Shown piece after piece: positions 1 to 12,864 of a stretch of DNA of 64,000 bases. Numbering within the stretch: position 1 is the first letter of the stretch; each line of letters starts with the position of its first letter. Below the pieces are notes generated by a model. That model did not search any database, was not told the origin of the DNA, and saw nothing but the letters and a program-made list of their open reading frames with translations. The stretch spans positions 94,860,001 through 94,924,000 of the forward strand of contig NC_043003.1 of the NCBI RefSeq assembly GCF_006345805.1. Reading direction: 5' to 3'. The DNA comes from Octopus sinensis (taxonomy: Eukaryota). The position numbers and the translations under genes were made by a program.

Positions 1-324
1 CATCATCCTCGTTTAACATCTGCTTTCCATGCTAGCATGGGTTAAACGATTTTGACTGGAAAATTCTTATATGTATTGTATATGTGTATGTATGATTTTA
101 TGTGTTGTTTTTAACTGTGTGTGTGTTCTGAAACTAAAAAACTCACAGATATTGGCCCTTAGTCTTTGCCCTACACTGAAAGAAACCAGATACAAAATAA
201 AGGCTGGGGAATGTTGTGGACTAAACTGTTCACTTCTGACTATCAATAATTACTTTCCATATATTCTCTAAATAGGATGCTGTTTGCACTCTAAGAAGAC
301 TTTTTTACTTCCCTGCTTGTATTA

Positions 325-398
<74 letters not shown>

Positions 399-1692
399 CT
401 CAGCAATTCTTTTTCAGGTTGACAAACTGCCTCCCTCCCACACTTACTAAACTAAGCTAATATTGTTTCCCTGAAGCATGACCATTATATACCGAAATTC
501 ATTAATTGGTTTTTTTTTTCCTTTATTAATATTTTTTCTTTTTATGACTAATATCTTAATTTATTTTAAAGCCCTCGTGGTAATTTTCTGTACATCTTAT
601 TTAAATTAATTACTAAAGGATAAAGTTAGCAATTTTAACGAATGACTTCCTTTGTGAAGTTAGTGTAATAAATTCCTTCTCTGTGCATTTGTTTCATCCT
701 TATTCTTGCTTCTGTTTTTCTTATTGCATTTCTTTGAGCAATTCCTGAATTGTAAACACTGATATTTGTTTTTGAAGAATTAAGAGAATGAGAGAAAAAC
801 GTTCCCGTTTTTGTATGTATGTTGAAATATATTGTCCTTGTTTCATTTAATTTTGAAAATAATAAAGAATTTATTTAGCTAACTTTCATTATTAAGTTAG
901 TGTTTGAAACAATTTAAGATGAAAATTTGGTTTAAGGTTTTAATTTAAATCACTTCAAAATGTGATTTGTGACATAAAATAAAGATCAGTTTCAGGGCAG
1001 GTTGATATCAAAAGGGTTAATCTGTTAAATGAAATTCTTCCGTAAAATCTATTACCTCTTCATCACAGCCAAATTAATTGAGCCAATGTAGAGTTAATTA
1101 AATGACCTCGTTGGAAATGCCTGATGTAAATTTGAACTCCCCATGACCTTTCTGTCAACTAAATACTACACTCATTTGGCCTGTTTAGATGTATATAATG
1201 TTGTAAGTACATACTAATTAATCACACTGGTATTAAGTTGCCTTCCATTTAACAGGAGCTGATAAAATAAGCACCAAATGATAAAAGTGGAATTGGTTGT
1301 TATTTCTACCAAAACTGACATTGTCAAATCAGAGAGGAACAAACTAAGTCAGTTTACTGATATTTTTTTCTTTTGGAGATATAGTGCTGCATTTAATGAT
1401 ATATATATATATGTATGTATGTATATATATATTGTGTGTGTAACCATGTGGTCTTGGGTTTAGTCCCACTGCATAGTCTCCCACTATAGCCCTGAGCCAA
1501 TCAAGGCTTTTTGAATGGACTTGGTAAATGGAAACTGCATGAAGCCCATCATGTGTATATATACAAGTGGGTTTGAAGAGAGGTTTAATGCCCAAGCACT
1601 TTATGGATGCGAAACCATTGGTCTCTCTATGACCACACACATAGACATAGATATTTATATGTATATGTGTGTGTTACATGTATATGGACATC

Positions 1693-1880
1693 ATAAAAAT
1701 CAAGTTCCCTCTGACTGTAATGACCTTTGGGTATGTTTTCAGTGAGAGTGGCATCATGCCATCCTACATCTTTGAACTGAGCCTTAAGCTCAATTCAAGA
1801 CAACTATGTGAAACTGCTGGAGACTAGTTGAACTCTGGTTGGAGATGGTTACTGCTAGAAGGTCATATGTGTGGCAGCAG
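1693..1880 (+). mobile_element. Decayed Tc1/mariner (probably DD37D/maT) transposase, 5' part
   Basis: Frameshifted translation IKIKFPLTVMTFGYVFSESGIMPSYIFELSLKLNS / DNYVKLLET / WLEMVTARRSYVWQQ matches the D1-to-D2 region of Tc1/mariner catalytic domains. It is interrupted at WQQ by a CR1 fragment. Confidence 0.8.
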
Positions 1881-2230
1881 ACGACGCTGTGGTGATCTCA
1901 TTCTTGCTCACAACATCATAAGCAGAAAGTGTAACCTCTTGAAAGAGCAGTTCTTCACTCCTGCTCCAGAGCGTCGGTTGCGGGGTCACTCCGAAAAGCT
2001 CTATCTGCGACGATTTCATCTCAATCGAAGGAGAGGGGCTTTCTTCGTCCGGGTGACAGATCTGTGGAATAAGCTGCTGGACAAGATAGTGAAGATGCCG
2101 ACGACTGCTCGGTTCAAAGTCTCCCTTAACCATAAATGGCCTGAATACCACCCTGTACATAACTCCATGTCCCCCTACATGGCCTTGCTTTTTGCTTTTT
2201 GAGCCAACAAATTAACTTAACTTAACTTAT
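1881..2230 (+). mobile_element. 5'-truncated CR1-clade LINE 3' end
   Basis: RRRCGDLILAHNII...RLRGHSEKL...RRRGAFFVRVTDLWNKL is the typical CR1 ORF2 C-terminus (RRLRGDLI/RGH.KL/RV..WN.LP). It ends in a (CTTAA)n tail at ~2213-2229. Confidence 0.85.
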
Positions 2231-2614
2231 ACCTCTGAAAAGAGTCAGAAGTGGTTGCCAAAGAATTTCTATGACTTCACCAGCCCCAATTTCTGGTCTC
2301 CTAATTCCTTTGATTGTAATCCCATGTATTACTATGTGCATGATGTGGTCGAGAAAGACACCAACTGCTCTGCCTGCAACACCAAGGCCAAGATCAAGAA
2401 GGTGTTCAAAATCTTTCCAGAGATACAATGAAGAACTCATGTGCTAGGTTCTGGAGCCACCTTGAGGCCATGGTGGAAGCTGAGGTTGACTACTTTGAAT
2501 AAACTGTTACAACTGTAATCTTGATATTTTTTTGATTTTTTAAAAATACTTTTATTTTTGGATGGGATATTTTCTTCTTTTATGCAAGCTGTCAAATTTA
2601 GCCTGGACACCCCC
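2231..2614 (+). mobile_element. Decayed Tc1/mariner (maT-like) transposase 3' part and right terminus
   Basis: TSEKSQKWLPKNFYDFTSPNFWSPNSFDCNPMYYYV..VVEKDTN is a degenerate WPPNSPD.NP.DY motif. It is followed by a stop region and a terminus ...tttagcctggacacccc-TA. Confidence 0.8.
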
Positions 2615-3338
2615 TATGTGTATATTTATACTCATATATGTATATTTATACACCCATGCACAAAAATATAGATTTCTCATCCACAAGACCATACATAGAT
2701 CAAAAAGCAGTGTTCACGTTGAGCACTTGAGTATGTTTGCATATTTCTATACAAGGAATATTGGTGAAGCATTTCAATCAACACTTCTGCCAAATGCAAA
2801 CATGAATGTTGATACGATTGTCTGAAACAGAAAACATGCATCTTGTATTCTTGTGGAGATCATTTACACAGCAAAAGTTGGCATTTCAATCTAATCAATC
2901 CAAGCTTGTGCGAACGAAAACACTGATGGATAACCCACTCAAAATTCTATGACTTCCTTACTTTGATTATAAATTTATATATTTGTCCTCAGAAGCATTG
3001 TGGAACTTACATTATGTTGCTAAATGCTTACATTATAATCTTGAAAGACTGGGATTTTTAAGCAAACACGTTTTCTGTAAATGCAATCTGTGAGTGAACA
3101 GTGAAAAAAATCAACAAAACTTTTCAAAAGTTTTCTATATGATTCTTTCTAAATTTTTTAATTCCAATCATGGAACTTCCGTTGTTTGTTTGAAAGCTAT
3201 TAGTAGTCCTTTTTTTATAGAATGAAGCTAAAGAATTTAGGTAAGAATACTTGTACAACTTACACGCAGATATATGATGTAATCTGTTTTGTATCTTTTG
3301 TTATATGTACATGTTATATGTACATGTTATATGTACAT

Positions 3339-3720
3339 AGGCGCAGGAGTGGCTGTGTGGTAAGTAGCTTGCTAACCAACCACATGGTTCCGGGTTCAGT
3401 CCCACTGCGTGGCATCTTGGGCAAGTATCTTCTGCTATAGCCCCGGGCCGACCAATGCCTTGTGAGTGGATTTGGTAGACGGAAACTGAAAGAAGCCTGT
3501 TGTATGTACATATATATGTGTGTGTCTGTGTTTGTCCCCCTAGCATTGCTTGACAACCGATGCTGGTGTGTTTATGTCCCCGTCACTTAGCGGTTCGGCA
3601 AAAGAGACCGATAGAATAAGTACTGGGCTTACAAAAAGAATAAGTCCCGGGGTCAATTTGCTCGACTAAAGGCAGTGCTCCAGCATGGCTGCAGTCAAAT
3701 GACTGAAACAAGTAAAAGAG
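3339..3720 (+). mobile_element. SINE family A (tRNA-derived head, central TA/TG microsatellite, ...gaaacaagtaaaagag tail)
   Basis: A-box-like tggctgtgtgg and B-box-like ggttcagtcc. Near-identical copies recur throughout the window. Confidence 0.9.
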
Positions 3721-4497
3721 TATGTGTGTGTGTTTACATGTGTTGGTTTTCTAAGCTGAGATCTTCAATCTATTTTACTATTCTAAGCATTGATGATGCT
3801 TGCAGCAAGGAACTTAGAATAATAAGTTACTTCACATTTGTTAAATTGTAACATGTGTGTGTGTGTGTGTGTGTGTGTAGTATTATTATTTACTTGTTTC
3901 AGTCATTGGAACAAACTCGATGTATAATAGAGTGAACAGAAGAGAGGATGTGGACAGTGGGTCTATGGGAGGAGATGAGAAAGTGGACACTTTCACAAGA
4001 GAGTGAGTGGAGAGAAACTGGTGGTTAGAGATGAGGATAGAGGTGAATATAGTGAGTGGCGAACAAGGATGGAAGTTCAGTTGAAGGGAACCACCAGTAT
4101 GGAATGGGGTATGGTGAGAGGGGTAGGAGTGGTACAGAAAAGAGAATAGATGAGAAAGTGGTGGGACGAAGTGCAAGGTAACCAATAAGCTTTTCTGGGT
4201 TTTATGAAGAATTTAGTTCAAAAGTGCACGTATGGTTGTGTGGTTGAGATGTTTGCTTTCCAACTAGGTGGTTTGGGGTTCAATCTCACAGCACAGCATC
4301 TTGAGCAAGTGTCTTACCTTTTTGAGTGGTGGCTACATTTTACCTTATGATGTATGTTTTCTGTGACTAATCTATGATGATGTAAGGTGAGGTATTTTAT
4401 CTTTTTCTTTCTATTTTGTAGTTTGTGTGTGTGTGTGTGTGTGTATGTGTGTGATTGTTTAAGATATTGAGACTCATGGCTAAAACTGTCATTTTAC

Positions 4498-4625
4498 CAT
4501 TTGGTGCCTTCAATGGAGTCCCTTCTGCAGCAAAGATTCCAACCAAGTTTTCGGATAGCTTTCTCTTCTTTATGATCATGCTGGTCACAAGGTACGAGTT
4601 TTATGTCCGCTGCTCTCCTTTCCAC
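4498..4625 (-). CDS. Candidate 128-nt spliced exon of an unidentified minus-strand gene
   Basis: On the minus strand: T-rich tract ...ttttttaattgcctgttcAG, exon, then AAATG|GTaaaa. One frame is open throughout (VERRAADIKLVPCDQHDHKEEKAIRKLGWNLCCRRDSIEGTKW). An alternative frame has an ATG (MIIKKRKLSENLVGIFAAEGTPLKAPN). Sequence is unique and less AT-rich than its flanks. No homology recognised. Confidence 0.3.
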
Positions 4626-5310
4626 CTGAACAGGCAATTAAAAAATAAAAAAAAACAAAAAATATATAGAAGGCCACAGGAGTGCCAAAATCAATACTGG
4701 ATCTGATATATTATTTGTATAGCCATGTGTTGTGTCACGTCGTTTCTTTGTGTTGTGAGAGAGAGAGAGTGCTCTTTTGTATGTTTGTGCATAATTTTGT
4801 TTCGTTTTTTTTTTTTACTCATTATGCTACAAAAGTTGTAAAGGTGTTGTTAGTAATTTCTGATATTTAGTCTTTGTGTGAGTGTGTGATGATGTCACTG
4901 AGTGTGAGCTGTTGGTTGCATCTAATGGTCTTTGGTGTTTCTAATAAAAGAGGAGATTGTTGTTGAAGTTTAATCCCTCCCCCCCCTTCTCCCATACTGG
5001 CTATGATCTAAACAGTCCTATAATCAAAGATAGTCCAGCCATAACTATCTTGTTTTTATTTGCCTCAGATATTCAGGACTACATTATTCAAGGTCTGTTT
5101 CACTTCTTAAACTGCACCAGGCTCCAATCTGAATAATTGTGTGAATCTGATAGAGGAATATATTGAATAAAATCATAACTGAGCCTCCTTTATTTTCTTT
5201 TACCAGAAGCAGGAACTTTTCAGCAACCCCTTGTGTCAAGCATGCATAAAAATAATGTAGCCACTCAAAGACAATTGTTCTTGGAAAAGTGATCCATGAG
5301 GTGTAACTTG

Positions 5311-5818
5311 TTACCATTTCTAACAGGTTGAGTATGCACACATAAAGGCTCCCTTAGTGACTTGTTATTGTTTAACTCCAAGTTAACCCAAATTGAGCAG
5401 ACTTCCATAATCCATGTGTTCCATCCATGCCCATCACATTTTATTTTCAGACAATGCATCAAGTTTATTATTTAAATTGTATTCTTTGTTTCTTTTAGTA
5501 TGATTGGATGTAGTTTGATCGAAATTCAGTTACCTTTTCTAGCAGACTGAATGACCTGTAATCTGGTAGGGTGTAATTTGAGGGAGATTTAGTTACCATT
5601 TCTAGCAGGTTGAGTATGCGCATAGAAGCTCCTTTGGTGGCTCGTTGTTGTTATTGTTTAACTCCAAGTTAACCCAAATTGAGTAGATCTATATAATCCA
5701 TGTGTTCCATCCATGCCCCTCACATCAGGCCTATTATTTAAACTGTATTCTTCATTGTTTCTTTTATTATGATTGGCGTGGAATTCGGTTACATTTTCTA
5801 GTGGACTGAATGACCAGT
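5311..5818. repeat. Diverged ~280-bp tandem duplication
   Basis: The unit gttaccatttct..caggttgagtatgc...ttaactccaagttaacccaaattgag...gactgaatgacc occurs at ~5311 and ~5591. Confidence 0.85.
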
Positions 5819-7689
5819 ATGAGTTTTGTCCTTAAATGGTTAATGTAGGAACAGCGGTAATATATGGCTATGGGGGGGGGGCAGTGTTGTTGTTGTTGTT
5901 GTTGTGGTGTCAGCAGCTGGATTGTTGATTCTGTTGACTGTAGTGCTGCTTTTTGTCTTGTTAAAAAATATTAATGGTACCATTGTTACTTATGGATTCT
6001 ACCTTGTGATCCATAAAATACTCTTTTGTTTCTCTTAGTTAAAGTATTCTTCCTTGGAACAATAATGCTGTCAGGAAGCCATTACTGTCATCATCATCAT
6101 CATCATCAATATCATCGCCATCATTGTTGTCATCATCGGTACTATTGTCATTATCACATTGATATCATCTGATCCATAACATAACCACTGAAGTAGAACA
6201 TTCTTCGATAGAACAAAAGTGATGCAAGGAAATACTCCTCCTCTTCCTCCCCCCTCCTCCTCCTCCTAATTATGTTTATCAGCATCATCTGATCATTGCC
6301 AACACCTCTATTAATTTCGCTGCCACCACCACCACCACCACTGCCATCATCTCAACCACTTTTGCTGTTGTGTTTGTTCATTAATTATCACCAGCACAAC
6401 TGGCATAAGTATTATCAACATCATCAACATCATCATCACCATTAGCACCACCACCACCACCGCCGCCGCCACCACTTTTATTATCTCTGCCGTCCATCAT
6501 TACCATTGTTATTGTCATTGTTTGGTACCATTATTGCTAATGAATCTTTAATAACTGTTGAATATATGCAACATGTGTGAAACTATTTTATAATATATTC
6601 ATTATTTACTGCTTTCTGAGGTACTATATAACTTGATTATAAACAGTGATTTTTTTTTTTGTTATTTTTTTGTTTTTGGTATTTTACAAAACAATTTGCT
6701 TTATATTACAGAAAAATAATCCATTAAAAGAATTGTTTGGAATATTGATATACCATAATTTCTTGGTGAATGTTGTGTGTAAAGAGCACAAATGATTGAT
6801 ACAAATGTTGTGGAGATATCTGAGAAACTGAGAGATTGGCGCTGTGTCGATGACCAGAAAATTTGACTCACAAATAGCCTTAAGAATCCTCTTAAAACTT
6901 GATAATGTAAAATAAGGAGAATTCACTGCTATAAACAATGCTATCCACTACATATTTGCTGCGTTCTTTAACTGTTTTGTTAATGTATTTCTGTTGAAAT
7001 ACACTGCCTTTGTTTGAATTAATTTTGAAAATTATCAAGTACCTGCTAGTGTTTTGAACATTAATTAGCATGAAATTTTGATAGAAGGTTTTAATTTAGA
7101 CCCCTTTAAGTTCTTTTGTTTTTAAACCAGCTCTACTTGATTCAAATATTCTACCTGAATTTCTGTTTGAAATATTCTGCTTTTGTTTCAGTTTCAATTA
7201 ATTTTGTCAGATCCTGCCTGTCACACCTGTCTAATTATGTCATTCTAAAAATAAACGACATCATTGAAATCTTGAATCTACAAGATAAGGCATAGTTACT
7301 TCAAAACTGTGAATCATTGTCATCGTTTAGCGTCCGCTTTCCATGCTGGCATGGGTTGGACGGTTCATCTGGGGTCTGGGAATGAATGATACTACTTATA
7401 TGATGGTGATGCTTGCTTACAACTGTTACATTGATGCCAAGACAAGATTGGACACACATACGCATATGTACACACACACATGTATGAATGTATGTATGTT
7501 TTGGAAGAGCATACAACCATTGAAAATCTGCTTCAACAAATTCCATCTGACCCATGTCAGCATGGAAAAGTGAACATTGAAACAATGGTGATGGTAATAA
7601 CACACATACACACACAATAGGCTGCTTTCAGTTTGTTTACCAAATTCACTCACATTACTTTTTGGGCCTGGAGCTATTTTAGAATACAC

Positions 7690-8115
7690 AGAAATTGAAA
7701 TCAAATTCGATGACTGGCATCTGTGATAGTGGAGCGCTAAGAGCACCATCTGAGCATGATCATTGCCAGAGCGGCTAACTGGCTTCGATGCCGGTGGCAT
7801 GTGAAAAAACATTCAAGCGAGGTTGTTGCCAGTGCCACTGGACTGGCTCCTGTGCAGGTGGCACATAAAAAAACACCATTTGAGAGTGGCCGTTGCCAGT
7901 ACCTCCTGACTGGCCCTCATGCCGGTGGCACATAAAAGCACCCACTACACTTTTGGAGTGGTTGGCATTAGGAAGGGCATCCGGCTGTAGAAACTTTGCC
8001 AGATCAAGATTGGAACCTGGTGCAGCCATCTGGTTCACCAGTCCTCAGTCAAATAGTCCAACCCATGCTAGCATGGAAAGCAGACATTAAACGATGATGA
8101 TGATGATGATGATGA
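7690..8115 (+). mobile_element. RTE-type retroelement 3' end with tandem ~63-bp units, (GAT)n tail
   Basis: Repeated gtgccggtggcac units, ggaagggcatcc motif, ccatgctagcatgg palindrome and a gatgatgat tail. Confidence 0.8.
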
Positions 8116-9267
8116 CAGTAGGACAACCTGAAACAATGTTTGAGAAGCAAGCTTCATAACTACACTAGCATGGCTGCTTCTTATTTCTTATATAGAACTA
8201 GTTTCTGGTTTTTTTTTTTATGGCACATTACATCATTTTCTTGAATGTTGTGAAGGTATGTACAAATGAGATTTATCACTAATTGTGTCATAAGGACGCC
8301 TCTTCAAGAACTCCACCTTGAAATGAAATTAGCTTTTGTTTAGTGTAACAAATCCTTCTATAAGCTTTACTCATTGGAAGATATAGAATCAGTTCTTGCA
8401 GGTTAACATTAGCCAATTATATAACTAATACTACTACTGTTACTACTTCATTTATATCTAGGTGGACTGTCAGGATTTTGCTGGAGGTGAATTTCACAAC
8501 ATATAATGAGCTAACATGAAAATGTATTTCATTTTATGTAGTATATTGTTAACATGTGTATAGGTTATGTTATCTACACGTCATTGAGTTTACTGGCATC
8601 TAATCATCTCAATGTGTATGATATGCTGATGGTATCATAACATAATCATCAGCAGTATAATAAACTTGATATTTTGCAATATTAACACCTGAGAAAAAAA
8701 AAATGCAATATTTAATATATTGTATTACAACCATTGGTAATATTTTATATTAATATGACTATTGGCAGTATGTCTAGTGATATCTGTTGTACAGCCATTA
8801 GTTCAGATATACTGATATCTTGTAATAATTGATACTGGTAGCATATAATATTTCAACTGCTAGTATGACATTCTCATATCTTATGCCATCAGTAATACAA
8901 TTTATTCGTTTAATAGTTGTGAACTGACATCTATAGGATGCTTGCTCGAGTTTGATAAATTGATATTGATTATATGTAATGATATAATTTGATATTTTTA
9001 GGTAACAAAATGCACTATGTTAAATTAATGTGATAACCGCCCCAATACATTGCTATTTTCTCTTTGATACATTAATATTTTGAAGCAGATCATGTATTAT
9101 ATAATACACAGATATCTTGAAGTATATGACTATAGTAGAAGTCAGTGATTAAGTTTGATTTGGCTACAGTGATGCATACTATATATACTACCTGTGATAT
9201 AAAATTCTATGCATATATGTTATTTTATATATCACTTTCTTTTTATATTGATATTATATAGTACCTT

Positions 9268-9490
9268 GAGGTGCTGAGCTGGCAGATTTGTTAGCATGTT
9301 GGGCAAAATGCTAAGTGGAATTTCATCAGTCCTCATGTTCTGTGTTCAAATACCACAGGGGTCAACTCCATCTTTCATCCTTTCAGGGTTGATAAAATAA
9401 GTACCAGTTGAGTGCTGGGGTCAATGCAATCAACTTAACCCCTCTCTCGAAACTGCTGGCCTTGTGTCAAAATTTGAAATCAATATCATA
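9268..9490 (+). mobile_element. SINE family B, diverged
   Basis: gagctggcag...gttcaaat...tttcatcctttcagggttgataaaataagtaccag core shared with other copies. Confidence 0.8.
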
Positions 9491-10162
9491 TAGTATTTAC
9501 TTACAGCATAATCTGTTACAGTGTATTATACTATTTTTCTTCTTAATCAATCAATCAATATGATGTTAGAAGAATCAGTCGATTTCTTGAGTTTTTGAGA
9601 GCAGAAATATCAATGAAAAGGTGATCAGCTCTATTGACTAATGTCATATGACATGTGGAATTAAACTCTGTTCTGGCTTTGCTCACAGAAGTCAAACAGC
9701 ACTGTATATTGCAATGAACCATTTCTTATGTGTGAAACCAATGGTGGCTCTCTGACCGGTCATAATGAACAACCTTCTAAACATTACTGCTGTAATGTTT
9801 GAGACTATGCATCTTTTCAAATATATGAACTATTGACCAATGTATGTGTGTGTGTGTGTGTGCTACTGTCCCCTTGCCTTGACATCATGTGATAGTTGTA
9901 CACAAATGTTACCATCATGCAACCAGTGTCTTTCATTCCGAATCTTTTGTGAGAAGATTTCTGGTTATAAGAAAGCATTACCTTACTTGGAAACAGGTAA
10001 GGGCTGATGGCAAGAAGGGCATCCAGGTATAGATAATCCACCTCAACAAAATTCCATCCAACCCATGCAAGCAAGGAAATGCGTATATAAAATCCTTCAT
10101 GATAATGATGGTAATATCCTCACGTTTTTTAACCCTTGAACAAAGAATATTATGTTTAAAAG

Positions 10163-10377
10163 AAGGTGGCAAGCTGGCAGAAACCTTAGCATGCTGGGCA
10201 AAATGCTTAGCAGTATTTCGTCTGTCTTTACCTTCTGAGTTCAAATTCTGCTGAGGTCAACTTTGCCTTTTATCCTTTCAGGGTTGATAAATTAAGTACC
10301 AGTTGCATACTGAGGGTCAATCTAATCAACTGGTCCCCTCCCCCAAAATTTCGAGCCTTGTGTCTAGTGTAGGAAAG
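10163..10377 (+). mobile_element. SINE family B
   Basis: aaggtggcaagctggcagaaaccttagc...gagttcaaattctgctgaggtcaactttgcc... matches the other copies. Confidence 0.85.
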
Positions 10378-10787
10378 TGTAGTGGGACAAGCAGTCAGTG
10401 CCATATTGGATGAGATTTCGCAGCAGTCATTGCCATCTCCAAGATTGGAGCGAGACCTCACCAGCATCCATTTGCCATGTGCGAGATCACAACAAGGCTC
10501 GCGATGGCAAACTGTATATAAGGGCAAAACAGAAACAGATTCACTCTTTCTCTGCTCCTTCGCAGCAGCGCTTGCTGAGCACACTTCACTGGCCGTGCCT
10601 GTCTGCATGTTGTACCTCCAGAGGCAATGTGCCTGCACTAGCTGAGATACAACACCATGCACACAGCTTGAGATGGTTGCTGAGAGCAGCACACTTCACC
10701 TGTTCTGTGAAACTTGTAAATAAACCAGTTGTAAATTGCATTTGTACTTAAAGACTTCTTTCTTCGCCTGGCAGAGCCTGAACTACA
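10378..10787 (+). mobile_element. Putative solo LTR
   Basis: 410 bp bounded by the perfect inverted termini TGTAGT...ACTACA, with internal TATATAA (~10515) and AATAAA (~10719). GC-richer than flanks. No clean TSD. Confidence 0.5.
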
Positions 10788-10904
10788 TGAAGAACAAGAT
10801 ATAATGGGAGAAGGCGATATTCTCCCGGTATCGTAAACCTTGCCTTTGATTATAAAAGAATATTATGATTAAAAATATTGTAGATTAGGAAGAAGTGGTA
10901 GTTG

Positions 10905-11025
10905 TACTGAGTATTTCAATTGTGCTGAATCTGAGTATTTAATACTCAGTAGTTGTACTTAGTATTTAATTGTTGTACTGAGTATTCAGTTTATATTAAT
11001 AGTTGAACTGAGTATTTAATTTATA
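10905..11025. repeat. Degenerate ~20-bp minisatellite (gttgtactgagtattt)
   Basis: Motif recurs about 5-6 times and includes the palindrome ctgagtatt-t-aatactcag (10931-10949). Confidence 0.75.
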
Positions 11026-12059
11026 TATTTTTTTTAATGCTAAAGATGTCCTGCTTTCTTTCATCATTCCAGGATTGATAACGTAAGTCACCAACCAAGT
11101 TCAGAGGTCAACATGATTGACTAAACACACCCCATTAAATTTGTGATCTTGTGCTTAGTTTAGAAATCATCATCGTTATGTTTTTTAATTTAAAATAATT
11201 TCTTCAAGCTCTCTTATCATTTGTATCAGTTTTTGTGGAGCTAAGCCAAAGAAATAATAAAAAAAAAAAATTTCCTTCTGCATTGGATACTGGTCTATTA
11301 CCATTAAATTTTCTTTCCTTATTTGGAATTGAACTTAGACTTGTACCAACCAGCAAGCTCAACAAATCATTCATTGATTTTGAAGTGCTGCTACTGCTGT
11401 TAATACATTTTGTGTGCACATAATTTACTTGTGTAAACTGTTTTATTATTATTATTTCTTTTTTCTCTTTATTTTAATTTTTATTTTTATTGATATGTAT
11501 CAGCACAACAATCTCTGATGCAAACTTTATAATGTGGTATGCCATGAGATCTCATCAAAGATAATAGGTTCTAACATGTGGAAAGGACGGGGAGGATTTT
11601 AGCAGAGATGTTATTTGAGTTTTGACAGGATGATGTCATGGTTGTATATATATTTTTTTAATTGAATACAGATTACTATGATATGTGTAATTTACTTCAG
11701 TTTAGTATGAATTACTGCTTTTGTTTTACTATACCAACCGTTAACAGTATCATATATATTGAAAATGTATGATGACAGCTGTGTGTGATATTGTGTAAAC
11801 TATCTTTATCTTTTATCTTCTACTTGTTTTATTTATTACACTGTGACCATGCTGGGGTACCACTTAGAAGGGTTTCAGTTGAATGAATTGACCCAGTACT
11901 TAGTTTTTACTAAGCCTAGAATTTATTGCATCAGTCACATTTGCCAAATCTCTAAGTTATGGAGATGTAAACAAACCAACAGCAGTTGTCAAACTACGTT
12001 GGGAGTGGGGGAACACACACACACACACTCAAATAAATACACACACATCATTGTAGCTG

Positions 12060-12445
12060 TGATACCAGTGCCGGTGGCACGTAAGAGAACCATCCGAACG
12101 TGGCCGTTGCCAGCGCCGCCCCGACTGGCCTCTGTGCCGGTGGCACGTAAAAAGCACCATCTGATTGTGGCCGTTGCCAGCCTCGCCTGGCCTCCGTGCC
12201 GGTGGCACATAAAAAGCACCATCTGATCGTGGCCGTTTGCCAGCCTCGTCTGGCACCTGTGCAGGTGGCATGTAAAAAGCCCCCACTACACTCACTGAGT
12301 GGTTGGCGTTAGGAAGGGCATCCAGCCGTAGAAACATTGCCAGATCAGACTGGGCCTGGCGCAGGCTTCTGGCTTCCCAGACCCCAGTTGAACCGTCCAA
12401 CCCATGCTAGCATGGAAAATGGACGTTAAACAATGATGATGATCA
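12060..12445 (+). mobile_element. RTE-type retroelement 3' end with four tandem units
   Basis: Units start at 12068, 12134, 12196 and 12259 (periods 66, 62, 63), followed by the RTE-type tail and (GAT)n. Confidence 0.85.
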
Positions 12446-12568
12446 CCATCATCATTTAATGTTCATTTACCATGGATTGGACAGTTCGACAGGAACTGGT
12501 CAGCTGGGGAACTGCCCAGGCTCCACGTCCATTTTGGCATGGTTTCTACATTTATATACGTGTGTGTA

Positions 12569-12602
<34 letters not shown>

Positions 12603-12803
12603 CTCTCTTTACTTGTTTCAGTCACTTCACTGCAGCCATGCTGGAGCACTGCCTTTAGTCAAACAAATTGACCCCAGGACTTATTCTTTGTAAGCCTAAT
12701 ACTTATTCTATTGGTCTCTTTTTACCAAATCGCTAAGTTACGGGATCGTAAACACACCAGCATCGGTTGCCATGCAATGTTGGGGGGACAAACACAGACA
12801 CAA

Positions 12804-12864
<61 letters not shown>

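Noticed and set aside
12068-12290. Regularly spaced repeats, superficially CRISPR-like
   Set aside because: The inter-repeat sequences are homologous to each other (a tandem array), the context is eukaryotic, and there are no cas genes.
12029-12400. Recurrent MDGSTGVWEA... ORFs (also 49703, 56793, 59120)
   Set aside because: These are antisense readings of the RTE-type 3' UTR repeat.
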